Part shown: piece by piece, positions 25,623 to 39,708 of the stretch | Layout of the letters: each line of letters starts with the position of its first letter | Position numbering within the stretch: position 1 is the stretch's first letter | The notes under the pieces: model-generated | Databases searched by the model: none | What the model was told of the DNA's origin: nothing | Seen by the model: only the letters and a program-made list of their open reading frames with translations | Translations under genes and position numbers: made by a program | Source: Octopus sinensis | Taxonomy: Eukaryota | Assembly (NCBI RefSeq): GCF_006345805.1 | Contig: NC_043011.1 | Coordinates: 54,386,464-54,450,463 of the forward strand | Length of the DNA stretch: 64,000 bases | Direction: 5' to 3'

Positions 25623-26874
25623 CGAGGGACGTTCAATAAGTAATGCCTCTGACCCACTTGCAGTTGTTTGATCTAGCTGAAATTTTGCATGTGCAATCAT
25701 TTATATCTCTATAGAGTAAGTGGCAAATTACAGCTCTGAATTCATTGTGGTTTCTGATTTACAGGTGTTTGAACCGAGTCAAGTGTGAAATGGAGCCTGT
25801 TGAGTGTCGAGCAGTGATCCGGTTTTTGTATTTGAAAGGACGCACACCACGGGAGACTTTTGATGAAATGAAAGTAACTTATGGTGATGATGCCCCATCA
25901 TATAACTTTATAAAACGCTGGCATCGTGAATTCAAACATGGTTGGAACTCTGTGGAAACAGCTCCCAGATCTGGTCGCCCCTTCTGCCATTGATGAGGCA
26001 TCTGTCCGTCAAGTTGAGGCTGCCATTTTGGAAGATCGACGCATAATTATTCGCCAAATAGCCCATGAGGTCAAGATTAGTACCGGGTCTGTGGAAACTA
26101 TCATTCATGACCATTTGCATATGCAAAAGGTGTCTACCAGATGGATTCCCAGGTTGCTCACGCCTTTCCAGAAGCAAGAACGCGTCGAGTGCTCGAGGGT
26201 GAATTTGGAGATGTGCCAAGAAGATGAGTCAAAATTTTTCAAAAGATTGATTACACAGGATGAAACCTGGGTCCATCACGATGATCCAGAGACCAAAGCC
26301 CAGTCAATGCAGTGGAAGCACCGTGACTCACCCCCTCCAAAGAAGGCAAGGGTGCAGCCCTCCGCTGGCAAGGTCATGCTCACAGTCTTCTGGGACCAGG
26401 ACGGAGTAGTGATGACAAATTTCCTGGCAAAGGGTACCACAATTGCAGGAGCCTATTATGCTTCACTTTTGAAGAAATTAAGAGAAGTTATCAAAATCAA
26501 GAGGCGGGGCAAGATCAGCAAAGGCATCCTCCTCCTGCAGGACAACGCTCCGGTCCACAACTCGCTTGTCGCCAGATCAGAAGCACAGGCGTATGGCTAT
26601 GAACTCCTCCCCCATCCCCCTACTTTCCTGACCTTGCACCCTCTGATTTTCACCTCTTCCCAGTCATGAAGTTGTTTTTGAAAGGAAAGCGTTTCCCAGA
26701 TGATGCAGCCTTGATTTCTGAAGTCACGTTCAGGTTGGAGCTGCATCAAACAATGGGAGAAATGCGTAACTCTGGGTGGTTCCTATGTAAAAAAAGACTA
26801 ATAACTGTGCCAAGTTTCGTTGCTCTACTGCTATGGGAAGTGGGTCAGGGGCATTACTTATTGAACGCCCCTCG
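25623..26874 (+). mobile_element. Full-length mariner transposon (DD34D), 1252 bp
   Basis: 37-bp TIRs (25623-25659 and 26838-26874, 2 mismatches), TA duplications at 25621-22 and 26875-76, and a transposase inside. Confidence 0.97.
25790..26801 (+). pseudogene. Mariner transposase, disrupted by two frameshifts and a C-terminal deletion
   Basis: MEPVECRAVIRFLYLKG...RSGRP / WIPRLLT / TQDETWV / QDNAPVH / HPPYFPDLAPSDFHLF / WEKCVTLGGSYV. There are 34 residues between the second and third catalytic Asp. Lesions lie near 25980, 26620 and 26730. Confidence 0.95.
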
Positions 26875-29699
26875 TACCTAAGGCTGATGAGTTAGGTCCG
26901 TTTGATAATAAAATATTTATCAAGTTGTGTGTAAACAAGGAGTTTGCCAATGGGCGAGAGATCAAGGAATAGAAGGGCTGGATGAGAGAGAGAGAGAATG
27001 GCTGCTGGCCTGAGGAACTTTTAGCTCAGAAACAGCAAAGAACAAAGTGATTTATCTCCGTTTTGCAAACAATGGGTTTCTGTACACCTTTTAAAAGATG
27101 AGTTGAAGAGAGCCCTAACCTATATGTGACTGGATGTGACCAACACAGAGTACATAGACGTGGAGGTCTGGAAGAGAATAAAGCTAGAAGACAAGTAGAA
27201 CTGGTGCAGCCCCAAGCCACGTGGTGGGAGGCAAACTAGAAATACACAAGGCCATACCTGTGCCTATATATCGTTGACATGAAGTTACCACAGTTCCTGG
27301 TCGAACAACCTGCACAAATGATTTGTTTGTGGTGATCGAATGTCTGCACTGCTGTATATTAACTCATTCCCTCCGTCAGATTGACCTTGCCTGAACAGGT
27401 CCACGGTGTACCACTTGTCAAGTATTGAAGTGCTTGCAGAGTAATATGAGATGAATAATTTTGCTCAAGAATACAATGCATAGAAAAACCCAGTGCTTAA
27501 CAGGTCCTTGGCAGGATTTGAACTCGGACTGTAAAGACTTGGAAGAAATGCTGCCAAGCATTTTGTCTGATGCATTAATGATTCTGCCAGCTAACTACTA
27601 TAATAATGATGATGACAATGATGATGATGATAATAATAATAATAATAACAACAACTAAAAAATGGCAAACACTTACCTCTCGACCTTCAACCGTAAGAAA
27701 CTTGCTGGCTGAAATGAGAATATGGTAATCTGAAGAGAGACTCCAAAGAGATGGATTGTTCACAGAAATCATAAAGTAAACAAGAAAACAGCCAATGAAA
27801 AAACAGAGACAAATGTATAATGATTGAATTAAGAGGTGAAATATATAATACACGAGTAGGCAGGCCAGTCAATTAGTCTGATTTTGAACTGTGAAGGGGA
27901 ACCTGGCATATGTGGGCCTGATTTGTGAGTAGGTTCAAGACATGGCCTGTGGCTGTCCTGAGTGGGGACCTTTTGTTGCTCAATGCTCCATAGGGAGCAG
28001 GAGGAAGGAAATCAATCTTGGTTAATTCAGGGTGATTCCTCCGTGTGTTTGTGAAATCATGTATCCCTGCCATAAGGCTTCATTTCCACACACGGCAGTT
28101 TAATTTAATTTGTCCTTAGTCGAAAAACACCTGTTGTTATGTCCTGTTATCATTTTTATTGTATTTATATTTGTATAACATTGTCTGTTTTTTTTTCCCC
28201 ATCCTTGTTTTTGTATACATTCACTGCTTTCTTCCAAGGAGTCTAATGCTCTTAGCTTAGTTTTTCCTTGGGACTGGCCAGATTGGAGCAATCTCAAGTA
28301 TAATCAGCCAAAATTGTGAAGATAATCTGGCACTTGACTAAGGAAATAAAAACTCCGAATGACCATTCCTCATTTTCTTTGTATCGTCTATCTGGATGTT
28401 TTATTCTCCCATTTTTGTATCACCTAAATGTCCAGATGTTTTGCATTCGTGTCCCATTTTGTATTTTACATATATATATTATATATATATATATATGGAT
28501 ATAATATACCTCTTTAGCATTAAGGTTACTCTGTCAACAGTAAGAGTTATTTATGAAAATTGTTTTGAATTAATCATTCGTTATCTCGTAGCCCCAAGAC
28601 TTTGATGATGTGATTGTTTGTTCCTTGAATGACATTGCAGGGTTGATATGAGAGGCCAGATCTCGCCAGTTTGAATGTTTAAAAGGGTTAAAGGTTTATC
28701 TGTAATTATTTATAAAGCCTACCAGAAACTTAACAAATTCTGTAACAATGACTATCCTACACACGAACTTAATCCTGAACAAATAAGGGAGCCTCAAGAG
28801 GGTAGCCAACCCGCTAGAAATAGCAGCCAAGTCTCCCTCAAATCATTATCCTCTCGTCATACAAATGGAAGGTCACATGGTATAATGTGGTCATATGATA
28901 TGTTACAGCTGGAACCGCTACACTGGCCTGCTGGATGAAGTCTAGGATTAAAATGCAAGAATATGGTACGCTATTCACACTTACCTTCAAAGTCCCATAT
29001 TTCTGCCACATCCACATCGACATGAACAAAATAGAGATTGCCCAGAGCCTGAAGCATAGAAAGTAGAGAGAGGATTGGTGATAATGATAAATTGGTGATA
29101 TCATCACAGAATAGACAGACAAGCAAAGTAAAGTTGTTGCAAGACAGGTTTCACTTATGTAATATTCTGAAGAGAAAAAACTTTTGGTCAACTGAGATTA
29201 TGCAAGCAATTAATAATTAAAAACTCCCTTTTATATTTTTGTAAGAAAAATTTCTAGGAGTAAACAAATACATGTGGGTGTATATGTAAGCTAAATAGTG
29301 TGTGTGTGTGTGTGTATATAGCAACCTACCGTATATATAGCAACATGGAGAGTGTATACATAAGTATACAATAGGTGTATATGTAGCTATATGGTGAGTG
29401 TGTATGTAGCCACATGGTGAGATCATATATGTAGTTAAATTGCAGGTGTATATGCAAACTATATGGTGGGTGTATACATAAGCTGCATGGCGGGTGTATA
29501 TGTAACTACATGTTGGTTAGTGTATGTAGTTTCATGGCTAATGGATATGTAAGCTATATGCTGGGGGTATATACAGCTACAGATTGGGTGTACAATGTAA
29601 CAACATGCTGGGTGTATAGGAAGCTACATGTTGGCATTTTTAGCAGCTACATGGTCATAGTGTAACAACTTGGTTGTAATATATATGTACACCCACCAT

Positions 29700-29707
29700 G
29701 CAGTTAC

Positions 29708-29740
<33 letters not shown>

Positions 29741-29930
29741 TGTTGTCGTATGTAATGTATTATGTGTGTGTATGTAATTAGTTTATGTATGTATGTATGT
29801 ATGTATGTATGTATGTATGTATGTATGTATGTATGTATGTGTATGTATTATTTATGTATGTATGTATGTAATGTGTGTGTGTGTATGTATGTATGTATGT
29901 ATGTAGGGTATGTATGTATGTATGCATGCA
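29700..29930. repeat. (TATG)n tetranucleotide microsatellite
   Basis: Visible directly. Confidence 0.95.
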
Positions 29931-30081
29931 TGTTCTAATATCTACACAGCCTTGGTTTTTTTTTTTTTTGTCACATTACACAAAAAATTCTTATATATAT
30001 ATGAGAGAGAGAGAGCCATATGGCAGGTGTATATAGAGCTATATGGTGGGTGTATATAAAGCTACAGCTACATAGTGGGTG

Positions 30082-30128
<47 letters not shown>

Positions 30129-31045
30129 ATATATGTATAGCTATATATTGACAGTATATGTAGCTACATGACAGTGGTGGAAACGACTGAGTGTACAAAC
30201 ACTTATATGGTGACAAATATTGTATTCTAAGTGTGTATATATTACAACTATATACACACTGGTAAAGCAAGTGTATAATATAAGAGCAGACTTCATTATA
30301 TTCAATACAGAGACAAAAGAGAAAACTTTTCTTTTAGAAATCAATCCCAGCCAGGGATTGAACCTACATCGCCAGCTACGATACTGATTGTTTAAGGGAT
30401 CATTAATTATAATTAATGATAATAAGCAGTCACTTTTATATCCTTTAATGACCACAGAATATGTGAGTTCAATACAATGGCTTTCCAAAACTATTTTTTT
30501 TGTGTTTTTTTTTCGGGGGGGGGGTCTCTTTTATGTCTGCAACACATAAAAAAAATATTCTTTCACATACACACACACACACACATACACAATACACATA
30601 TACATACTTACATATACCACGTTTGCAAACACACAAAGGCACACACATATATATCCAAATACTAAACACATACATGTATTGTACACATACACACGCACAC
30701 ATACATACGCACAAATGAAAATTGGATAGCAAAATGATGGTGAAGTGTGTAAAAAAACTAAAATACAAACTATTAAAAAAAAAAAAAAGGCCCCTAACCC
30801 TCTAATCTACCCAGTGACGAAGTGATTGTCAGCAATTTATTGCAATAAGTAGAGAGGCCAGTTGTGAGCAGTATTGATGATATTAGTGATGAAAGGACTG
30901 TCCTTTGGCCATTTCATTATGATATAGAAGGTGATGGTCACATTAAACAGACAACCATTAGCTAACTAGATGCCGAAAACTAGAATTAATAACAAACATA
31001 AATAGGGTGGGTGGGGGAATACAGCAGAAAAAACAATATCACAAA

Positions 31046-31099
<54 letters not shown>

Positions 31100-31974
31100 A
31101 TGTATATATATATATATAAAATATGTATATATAAATATACACTTTATATGCATAGTAGACACATACACCACACATATTTAGTGAGAGTGAGAAAAGATAA
31201 AACGTAGCTTAATATACACATATAAGCTTCATATTTGCACATACACACATATTCCTATATATATATATATATATTATATATATATATATACATATATATA
31301 TGAGAGAGAAAGAGAGAGAGACGTGCATACACACACACATATATATATATATATATGAGAGAGTGAGAGACACATATATATATACACACACATCTATCCT
31401 TCAATCTATCTATCTATCTATCTATCACACATACACACACACTCACACACACACATATATATGCTCACAGACATATTTTGAGAAAATATATACACATACA
31501 AAGTTCATACATGTATATACACACTCTCATATGCATGTGTGTGTGTGGACATACATGTATACACACATACATGTGCGCACGCACAGACATACACACACAC
31601 ATAAACACTCACATGGTGTTTATGAATGGAGTCTGTTGGGCGAGAGAAGCTGTGTTCGTCAAGGAAAAAAATTATTGGTAAATTGTAAGGAGGGGGGGGG
31701 ATGACCATAAAAAAAACAGCAAAACACACAGAGTCGGCAGGAAAGCAGCAAGACGACTGCGATATTAAACGGCAAAAGAAGAAATAATTGGAAGGTTTTT
31801 AGCAATGATTTGGTCAGATAAAAATAGAACAAGGAGAATATTTTTTTTTATTTTTGTTCCATTCATTCTCTGTCATTCATGTATTTATATGGTCTGTTTT
31901 TTTTTTTGTTTTTTTTTTGTGTGTGTGTGTGTGTGTGTGTTGAATTGAGTTCTTGTATATACTCTGTTACTCTG

Positions 31975-32335
31975 TTACTTGTTTCGGTCATTTGACTGCG
32001 GCCATGCTGGAGCACCACCTTTTTAGTCGAGCAAATCGACCCCGGGACTTATTCATTGTAAGCTTAGTACTTTATCGGTTCTCTTTTGCCGAACCGCTAA
32101 GTTATTGAGACATAAACACACCAGCATCGGTCGTCAAGCAATGTTGGGGTGTTGGGGGGACAAACACAGACACACAAACATATAGACACACACACACACA
32201 TATATATATAGCCTAAATTGCGAAGATGATCCGGTTCTTGACTGAAGATTGAAGGCTTCGAATGTCCCATCCGTGTTTTTTGTATCGTCTTCTAAATGTT
32301 TCACGTTCTTGTCCCAGTTTGTATTTTTTTACATT

Positions 32336-32380
<45 letters not shown>

Positions 32381-32553
32381 CATATATGTGACGGGCTTCT
32401 ATCAGTTTCCATGTACCAAATCCACTCATAAGGCTTTGGTCGGCCCGAGGCTATAGTAGAAGACACTTGCCCAAGATGCCATGCAGTGGGACTGAACCCA
32501 GAACTATGTTCTTGGTAAGCAAGCTACTTACCACACAGCCACTCCTGCACCTA
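31975..32553 (-). mobile_element. Family-A SINE interrupted at its microsatellite by a ~130-bp repeat fragment (32210-32340)
   Basis: Tail at 31975-32200 and head at 32390-32553. The insert resembles 28320-28480. Confidence 0.8.
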
Positions 32554-32612
32554 TGTTTATGAATTTTTAAATATATATGTGTGTATGCATATATCTTTAT
32601 TCACACACATGC

Positions 32613-32644
<32 letters not shown>

Positions 32645-33262
32645 AAATACATATACGCGCACGCACGTGTGTGTGTAATGTGTTTTTGTATATGTTTATG
32701 AATCTTTAAGTTTACATATATATATGTGTGTGTGTGTGTGTATGTGTATATCTTTATTCACACACACACACACAGATGCATGTATATATACATACATATA
32801 AAATACATATACGTGTGTGTGTGTAAGTTTGGTATACAGAGAGAATAAATTGAGCTTAAAACATGAGTATATATATTTTTTTATTTCTAATCGGCTGAAG
32901 TTCCCACAAAAAAGTTGCCTCAAAGCATGAGAGTTTCATGCACAGCACTCTGATTAGCCCCATGCCCCTAGCCCCATGCATGAAACTCTCGGCCCTTAAA
33001 TCATTTTATAACATCTGCTGATTAGAAATAATAAATATATAACAATCAAATAATTAAATCTACAAGTGATTTATCAGCCCTGGAGTTTCAGTTTGTATGG
33101 ACAGTTTTCTTGAAGGTAAAGTTTCTATTCCCAACAAGGGTCTATGTGACCTTTAGAGGCACACATAAAATTTGGGGTGGAAATAGTGAACTGGGTCCTC
33201 AGTTTATTTTAAGGGCCCATGAAAAAAATTTTTAATTAGATGTATTTATTGAAGTAAACAAG

Positions 33263-33655
33263 AGTGGCTGTGTGGTAAGTAGCTTGCTTACCAACCGCAT
33301 GGTTCCGGGTTCAGTCCCACTGCATGGCACCTTGGGCAAGTGTCTTCTACTATAGCCTCAGGCCAACCAAAGCCTTGTGAGTAGATTTGGTAGACGGAAA
33401 CTGAAAGAAGTCCATTATATATTTGTATATATATATGTATGCATGTGTGTATATGTTTGTGTGTCTTTGTTTGTCCCCCAATATCACTTAACAACAGATG
33501 CTGGTGTGTTTACGTCCCTGTAACTTAGAGGTTCAGCAAAAGAGACCGATAGAATAAGTACTAGGTTTTCAAAGAATAAGTCCTGCGGTTGATTTGCTCG
33601 ACTAAAGGCGAAGCTCCAGCATGGCTGCAGTCAAATGACTGAAACAAGTAAAAGA
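33263..33655 (+). mobile_element. Family-A SINE
   Basis: gagtggctgtgtggtaagtagcttgc...cagtcaaatgactgaaacaagtaaaagag. Confidence 0.9.
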
Positions 33656-33973
33656 GTAAAAACAGCTAGGCGTCTTTCTCTAACGTTTTTACAGAGTTCA
33701 GCCTCTGTGTAAGTTAATATGTGAAGAACAAAATAGGAATTTCAAAAGAAGCTTCTATAAAACTAGTTTTCAAACACAGATGAGTGGGCCCACTGGAATA
33801 AAATAGTAACAGAAGGGGTCCCTAGATAAAAAAACATGGACGAGGATCACTGAGGTAAACTGTCTAGGTGGTATTCGTAAGAGTGCTGACAGAAAGTCCA
33901 TCTCGGATTTATTAATCTTTTTCTATCTGCTATAAATAATACACACACACACACATACATACAATATATACGT

Positions 33974-34029
<56 letters not shown>

Positions 34030-35066
34030 GTACATATACGTATATATATATATATATATATCATCATCATCATTTAACGTCCGCATTCCATGCTAGCATG
34101 GGTTGGACGATTTGACTGAGGGCTGGCGAACCAGATGGCTGCACCAGGGTCCCTTCTGATCTGGCACGTTTCTACAGCTGGATGCCCTTCCAAACGCCAA
34201 CCACTCCCTGAGGGTAGTGGGTGCTTTTACGTGCCACCGGCATGAGGACCAGTCTGTCGGTACTGGCAATGGCCACACTCAAATGGTGTTTTCTACATGC
34301 TATCTGCACAGGAGCAAGTCCAGTGGCACTGGCAACGACCTATCTCAAATGTCTTTTTCATGTGCCACCGGCACAAGTGCCAGTAAGGCGACGCTGGTAA
34401 TGATCACACTCAAATGGTGCTTTTTATGTCCTTGCCTTAGAAACGTGGAGTAGATGAAAAAGGGACAACTGATGAAGGGGAATATTCTTTATGTTGCATG
34501 TCTCGTTTCTCTGTTTTTTCGTTGTTCGAAAAAAGTTTGTTTTCGATGTTTTTATGTTTTTGTTTCTCATTATGTTCAAGGTATTTTTTTTTTATGTCCT
34601 GTACCCATATATGCATGTATATATACATATATATGTAGATATGTACACATATGTATATATGCATATATTTATATATTATTTATATTATTATTATCATTAT
34701 ATATATATATATACATATACCAATATACATATTTACACATATATACATATATATATACACACACATATAATTGTGTGTGTGTTTGTGTGTGCATGCTTAC
34801 CGAAATATATATATATTAGGTAAATTCCCATTGAAGGGGTTATCAAACTAATGACGTCAGTGATGTGGCTAAGTCAAGATGACAGAAAAATATCTCCTGC
34901 CTGAAAATCTCTATAAGATTCCCAGAGATGCAGTAATACTAAAATGATGCTAACAGTCAGACAGCTGCAGAAGGCATTTTAGGAAATGTTCTTTGGTTCA
35001 ACCCATACCAGCATCATAAACAAATGTTAAATGAAGTGGATATATATATATATATATAAATGTATG

Positions 35067-35111
<45 letters not shown>

Positions 35112-35497
35112 GTATGTATGTATGTGTATGTATATATATATATATATATTAGGTCCTGGTAGAATATAAAGGTAGAGAAGCAGTCAACCTGAATTCTGGG
35201 AAATCAACAGTGTAATGTTCCAGACCAAATTCTTTAAGTGTAGAAGATCCGGGGTTTCACAACGGTAACACTGTTAGGTGGGTTTTGCGAAGAGTAAAAT
35301 TCTTTAACACACCTTAAATGTATTAAAGCTGTGTTAGAGAATTTTTTGTGGTCTTATTAATTCAATATATATATATATATATATAAATAAATACATATGT
35401 GTGTGTATATATATATATATATATGTGTGTGCGTATGTACACACACACACACACACACACATATAAATATATATATAGATATATATATATATATATC

Positions 35498-35528
<31 letters not shown>

Positions 35529-35789
35529 TATATATATAAATATATGTGTGCATATATAATCTGATCTGGCAGTGTTTCTACACCGAAGATATATATATAT
35601 ATCTGCCCAACCCATGCCAGTACTGCAGGGGTTGAACAGATACTCAGGGTCCAAGTTTTTTATTAGGAGTCACTGTTCTCAGAGATTAGTACTCAATACA
35701 CATCATTTGGTTTCTATATCTGGATGCTCTTCCTAAGTAAACTGGATCCATTTTCCCCGTACACACACACACATATTTTTTTATTCTTT

Positions 35790-36155
35790 TATTTGTTTCA
35801 GTCATTTAACTATGCCCATGCTAGAGCGCCACCTTTAGTTGAACAAATCGACCACTGGGCTTATTCTTTGTAAGCCTTGTACTTATTCCATCGGTCACTT
35901 TTGAAAACCGCTAAGTTACAGGGATGTAAACACACCAACATCAGTTGTCAAGCGACGGTGGGGGACAAACACAGACACACAAACAAATGCACACACACAC
36001 ATATACAACAGGCTTCTTTTAGTTTCCATCTACTAAATTCACTCACAAAATTTCAGTTGTCCAGGGGCTATAGCAGAAGACACTTGCCCAAGGTGCCATG
36101 CAGTGGGACTGAACCAGGAACCATGTGGTTCGTAAGCAAGCTTCTTGACACACAG
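35790..36155 (-). mobile_element. Family-A SINE (diverged)
   Basis: Homologous tail and head. Confidence 0.8.
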
Positions 36156-36749
36156 CCACACAAGGCTGTGTGGTTGAAAAGCTCACTTTACAATCACATG
36201 GCTTCAGGTTCAGTCCCACTAAGTGACACCTTGCATAAGTATCATCTACTATCACCTCAGGCCAACCAGTGCACTGTGAATGAATCTATGAGATGGAGTC
36301 TATTTGGAAGACCATTGAATGTATCTGTGTGTGTGTGTGTGTGTATTCTTGCCTCCTTGTCTTGACATCACGTGATGGGTGTAAAGAAGCATCTTCAAGA
36401 TACAAACTACTATTGCACATGGAAGAATGCTGTTTGTCATCATCTTTATACAATTAAAACAAAGGCAGTCAATTGATTAAAAGAAAAATCACTTAATAAA
36501 GATGACATGATATACGTTGGATAAAAATGTGTGTGTGATTGTTATTCCTTGAACCTCAGACCTTTGACCAGTGGTGGTCCAGCCATGACCATCTTGTTTT
36601 GTATACGAATCTACTTTTTAAGACGGTAGGTTTTGATTTGATTGCTATTTCTATCAGAAAGCACGATTGCTTAGAGATGGCTCTCTGCGTATTTCTTTCC
36701 TCTCTCTCTCTCTTTGTATTTATTTTTGTATGTGTGCACGTTTGCCTAT

Positions 36750-36756
36750 ATACATG

Positions 36757-36790
<34 letters not shown>

Positions 36791-36980
36791 ACATATATCC
36801 ATGTATGTATATAAAATATATATTATATATGTGTATATAAAATATATATACACATATACATACATATACATACATACATATAAATATATATATATATACA
36901 TACATACATATACATACATACATACATATATATTTACATACATACATACATATACATACATATATATTTACATACATACG

Positions 36981-37014
<34 letters not shown>

Positions 37015-37388
37015 ATACATATATATATATATTTACATACATACATATACATATATACACATATATATATATATATATATACATACATACATATATATAT
37101 ATATACATACATATATATATATATATACATACATACATATACATACATACATATATATTTACATACATACATATACATACATACATACATACATATACAT
37201 ACATATATATTTACATACATACATATATATATACATATATATATATATAACATACATACACATACATACATATACATATATATACATACATATATACACA
37301 TACATACATATACATATATATATACATACACATACATACATATACATATATATACCACATACATACACATACATACATATACATATAT

Positions 37389-37420
<32 letters not shown>
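36750..37420. repeat. Long complex (TA)n/(TACA)n microsatellite
   Basis: Visible directly; it generates the 178-aa and 216-aa Y/I/H/M/V ORFs. Similar tracts lie at 47720-48260 and 62500-62735. Confidence 0.95.
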
Positions 37421-37422
<2 letters not shown>

Positions 37423-37508
37423 ATAAAAGGGTAAAATCAATTAATTATTAATTAATTTCACCAAGTAGTGTTCAGTATGTAAAAGGACCATTCAAGGTAT
37501 ATTCAAAA

Positions 37509-37612
37509 TATTACGTTATATAATTAGGGCTCAGTAAAATAATTTACTTTACCACTACCACAGTATTGGTAAAGTAAATTATTTTACTGAGCCCTAATTA
37601 TATAACGTAATA
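37509..37612. repeat. Perfect 46-bp-stem hairpin with 12-nt loop
   Basis: 37509-37554 is the exact reverse complement of 37567-37612. Confidence 0.95.
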
Positions 37613-37630
37613 AATATATAATATATATAT

Positions 37631-37669
<39 letters not shown>

Positions 37670-38430
37670 AGAAACATTTCTAAAACACTACTGCATATTT
37701 TATCGCTTCTACTGGTTCCGCCGAGATCGACTTTGGCTTTCATTCTTTCGAGGTCGATAAAATAAGTACCAGTGGAACGCTAGGATTGGCGTAATCGACC
37801 AGCCTCCTCCCGCAAAATTTCAAGTTTTGTGCCTATAACAGAAAGGATAATTAAATGAAACTAAAAAAAAATTTTTTTGTTGTCAGGGGAGATAACTCTG
37901 TATTCGAGTACGCTTATTTAACATACTAGAGTTACTTCCCTTGAATATTATCTATACCGTGCCTTAGAATTATGCTTGCGACAGATGTGCACCTTTCCTG
38001 CTCTAATTACAAAATAGAAGAGTGACGGCGTATAGTAATTGCTCCCACTCTACTCCTGTAGAAATAGACTACAGTTTCTATATTTAATTTAACGTTAACA
38101 CTGGGACTAATTAGGCAGTGTAACCACGGGCAAGCATGTCGAAGAGAACAGCTAAGTTAGCATTAATACATTTCACGTTGTGAATAATTGAATATATCCA
38201 ACGAGACGTGTAATTCCTTTGTTTTCTCTTTTGCTTAGAATATAAATTAAATATCGATAAGATCAATAATGCTCTCAATCACTAATTTCCACGATTAATA
38301 TTTTACTTCAGTCGTTAACTATGACATTTTACGCTGAGCCATCAACGAGCACGTTTCATAGTCATTGGACACGCTAGAAATACCAGCCGAGTCTGCCTCA
38401 GTTTAGTTCTAATCGTCTTAAAAAGATGAT

Positions 38431-39283
38431 AGAAAGGAGTTAGCTTTAAATGTAATTTCTGATCAAGTTAGAGCAGGAGTCCTCTTGTGTAATGAAACCA
38501 CGGTCAAGGGCAGGGGTTTTTCAATCACTGAGCCACTGCCAGTTCCATGCCATGGATCATTTGGTACAGAGCCACACAGAATGGAGAAATACCAGCCGAG
38601 TCTGCCTCAGTTTAATTCTTATCGTCTTAAAAAGGAAAAGGCACATTAAACAATGTAGTCCAAGATATGTTATGAACAAAAGGTGAGATGGTCACGGCTG
38701 GAACATCTTTCATCATCAAGATACGCATCAGGGCCTAAACAATAACAAGTAAGGATGCATTGGATAATGCAGTCCTTGATACACTTGATACAGAGGGGCT
38801 GGCAAGGGACCAGCAGTGATGGGCACGGGTGGTACTGGTGGCCTGATCGGCTCAATGCACAATGACACTTCTGGGACCACTGATCTGGAATGACCCCAGC
38901 TCCACCGAGCAACAGCATGAGTGAGAGAGTGATACACTATGAATAACTACAAGACGAGATGGTCATGGCCAGAACAACTTTGACCTTAGGCTTGCTTGAT
39001 CATGCCTAACTTGGATGGGGTGGGGAGAGGAGACACAACCGATTATCGTTTTGTCCGTTTAGGATTAAATATTCTTTCCTCTTTTCTCTTTGCTTCTTTT
39101 CAGCAACAGAAGATCAACACGGCAGAAAGGAGTTAGCTTTAAATGTAATTCCAGATCAAGTTAAAGCAGGAGTCCTCTTGTGTAATGAAACCACGGTCAA
39201 GAGCAGGGGTTTTCAATCACTGGGCCACTGGCCTGTTCCAAGCCATGGATCATTTGGTACAGGGCCACACAGAATGAAGAAAT
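38431..39283. repeat. Local direct duplication of ~155 bp
   Basis: agaaaggagttagctttaaatg...ccacacagaatg at ~38431-38589 and ~39124-39283. Confidence 0.85.
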
Positions 39284-39367
39284 TTTTAAATTCAATTTTC
39301 ATTTCATTGACAATCATAGTCTGTATGTTGTTTTAGCATTATAGATGTATTAAATATGTTATAATGA

Positions 39368-39708
39368 AGGTATACGGTGCAGTAGTTAGAGCATCAGACT
39401 CACAATCATGAGGTAGTGAGTTCTATTCTTGGACTGGGCTGCGTGTTGTGTTCTTGAGCAAGATACTTTATTTCTTGTTGCTCCAGTTCACTCAGCTGTA
39501 GAAACGAGTTGCAGTGTCACAGGTGTCAAGCTGTATCGGCCTTTGCCTTTCTCTTTGATAACATCAGTGGTGTGGAGAGGCGGTGGAGGGGCTGATATGA
39601 TTGTGCGACTGCTAGTCTTCCATAACAACCTTGCCCAGACTTGTGCATTAAAGGGGAACTTTCTAGGTGCAATCCCATGGTCATTCATGACCGAAGGGGA
39701 TCTTTACC
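39368..39708 (+). mobile_element. tRNA-derived SINE, family E
   Basis: A-box-like gtgcagtagttagagc, ttgagcaagatacttt and ttcactcagctgtagaaa. The homolog is at 55760-56110 on the minus strand. Confidence 0.8.

Noticed and set aside
32870-33040. Nested short inverted repeats (14 bp at 32929/32977; ~17 bp outer)
   Set aside because: They are too short and degraded to assign; probably a decayed DNA-transposon scrap.
34430-34500. CAA-CTGATGA-AGGGG-AATA-TTCT as a hammerhead
   Set aside because: The GAAA and stem III are missing downstream. At best it is a deleted remnant and is not callable.
36714-37440. Long ORFs of 178 and 216 aa (and the many Y/I/H/T/V/C/M-rich ORFs across the window)
   Set aside because: They are translations of (TA)n/(CA)n/(TACA)n microsatellites, which lack stop codons in some frames.
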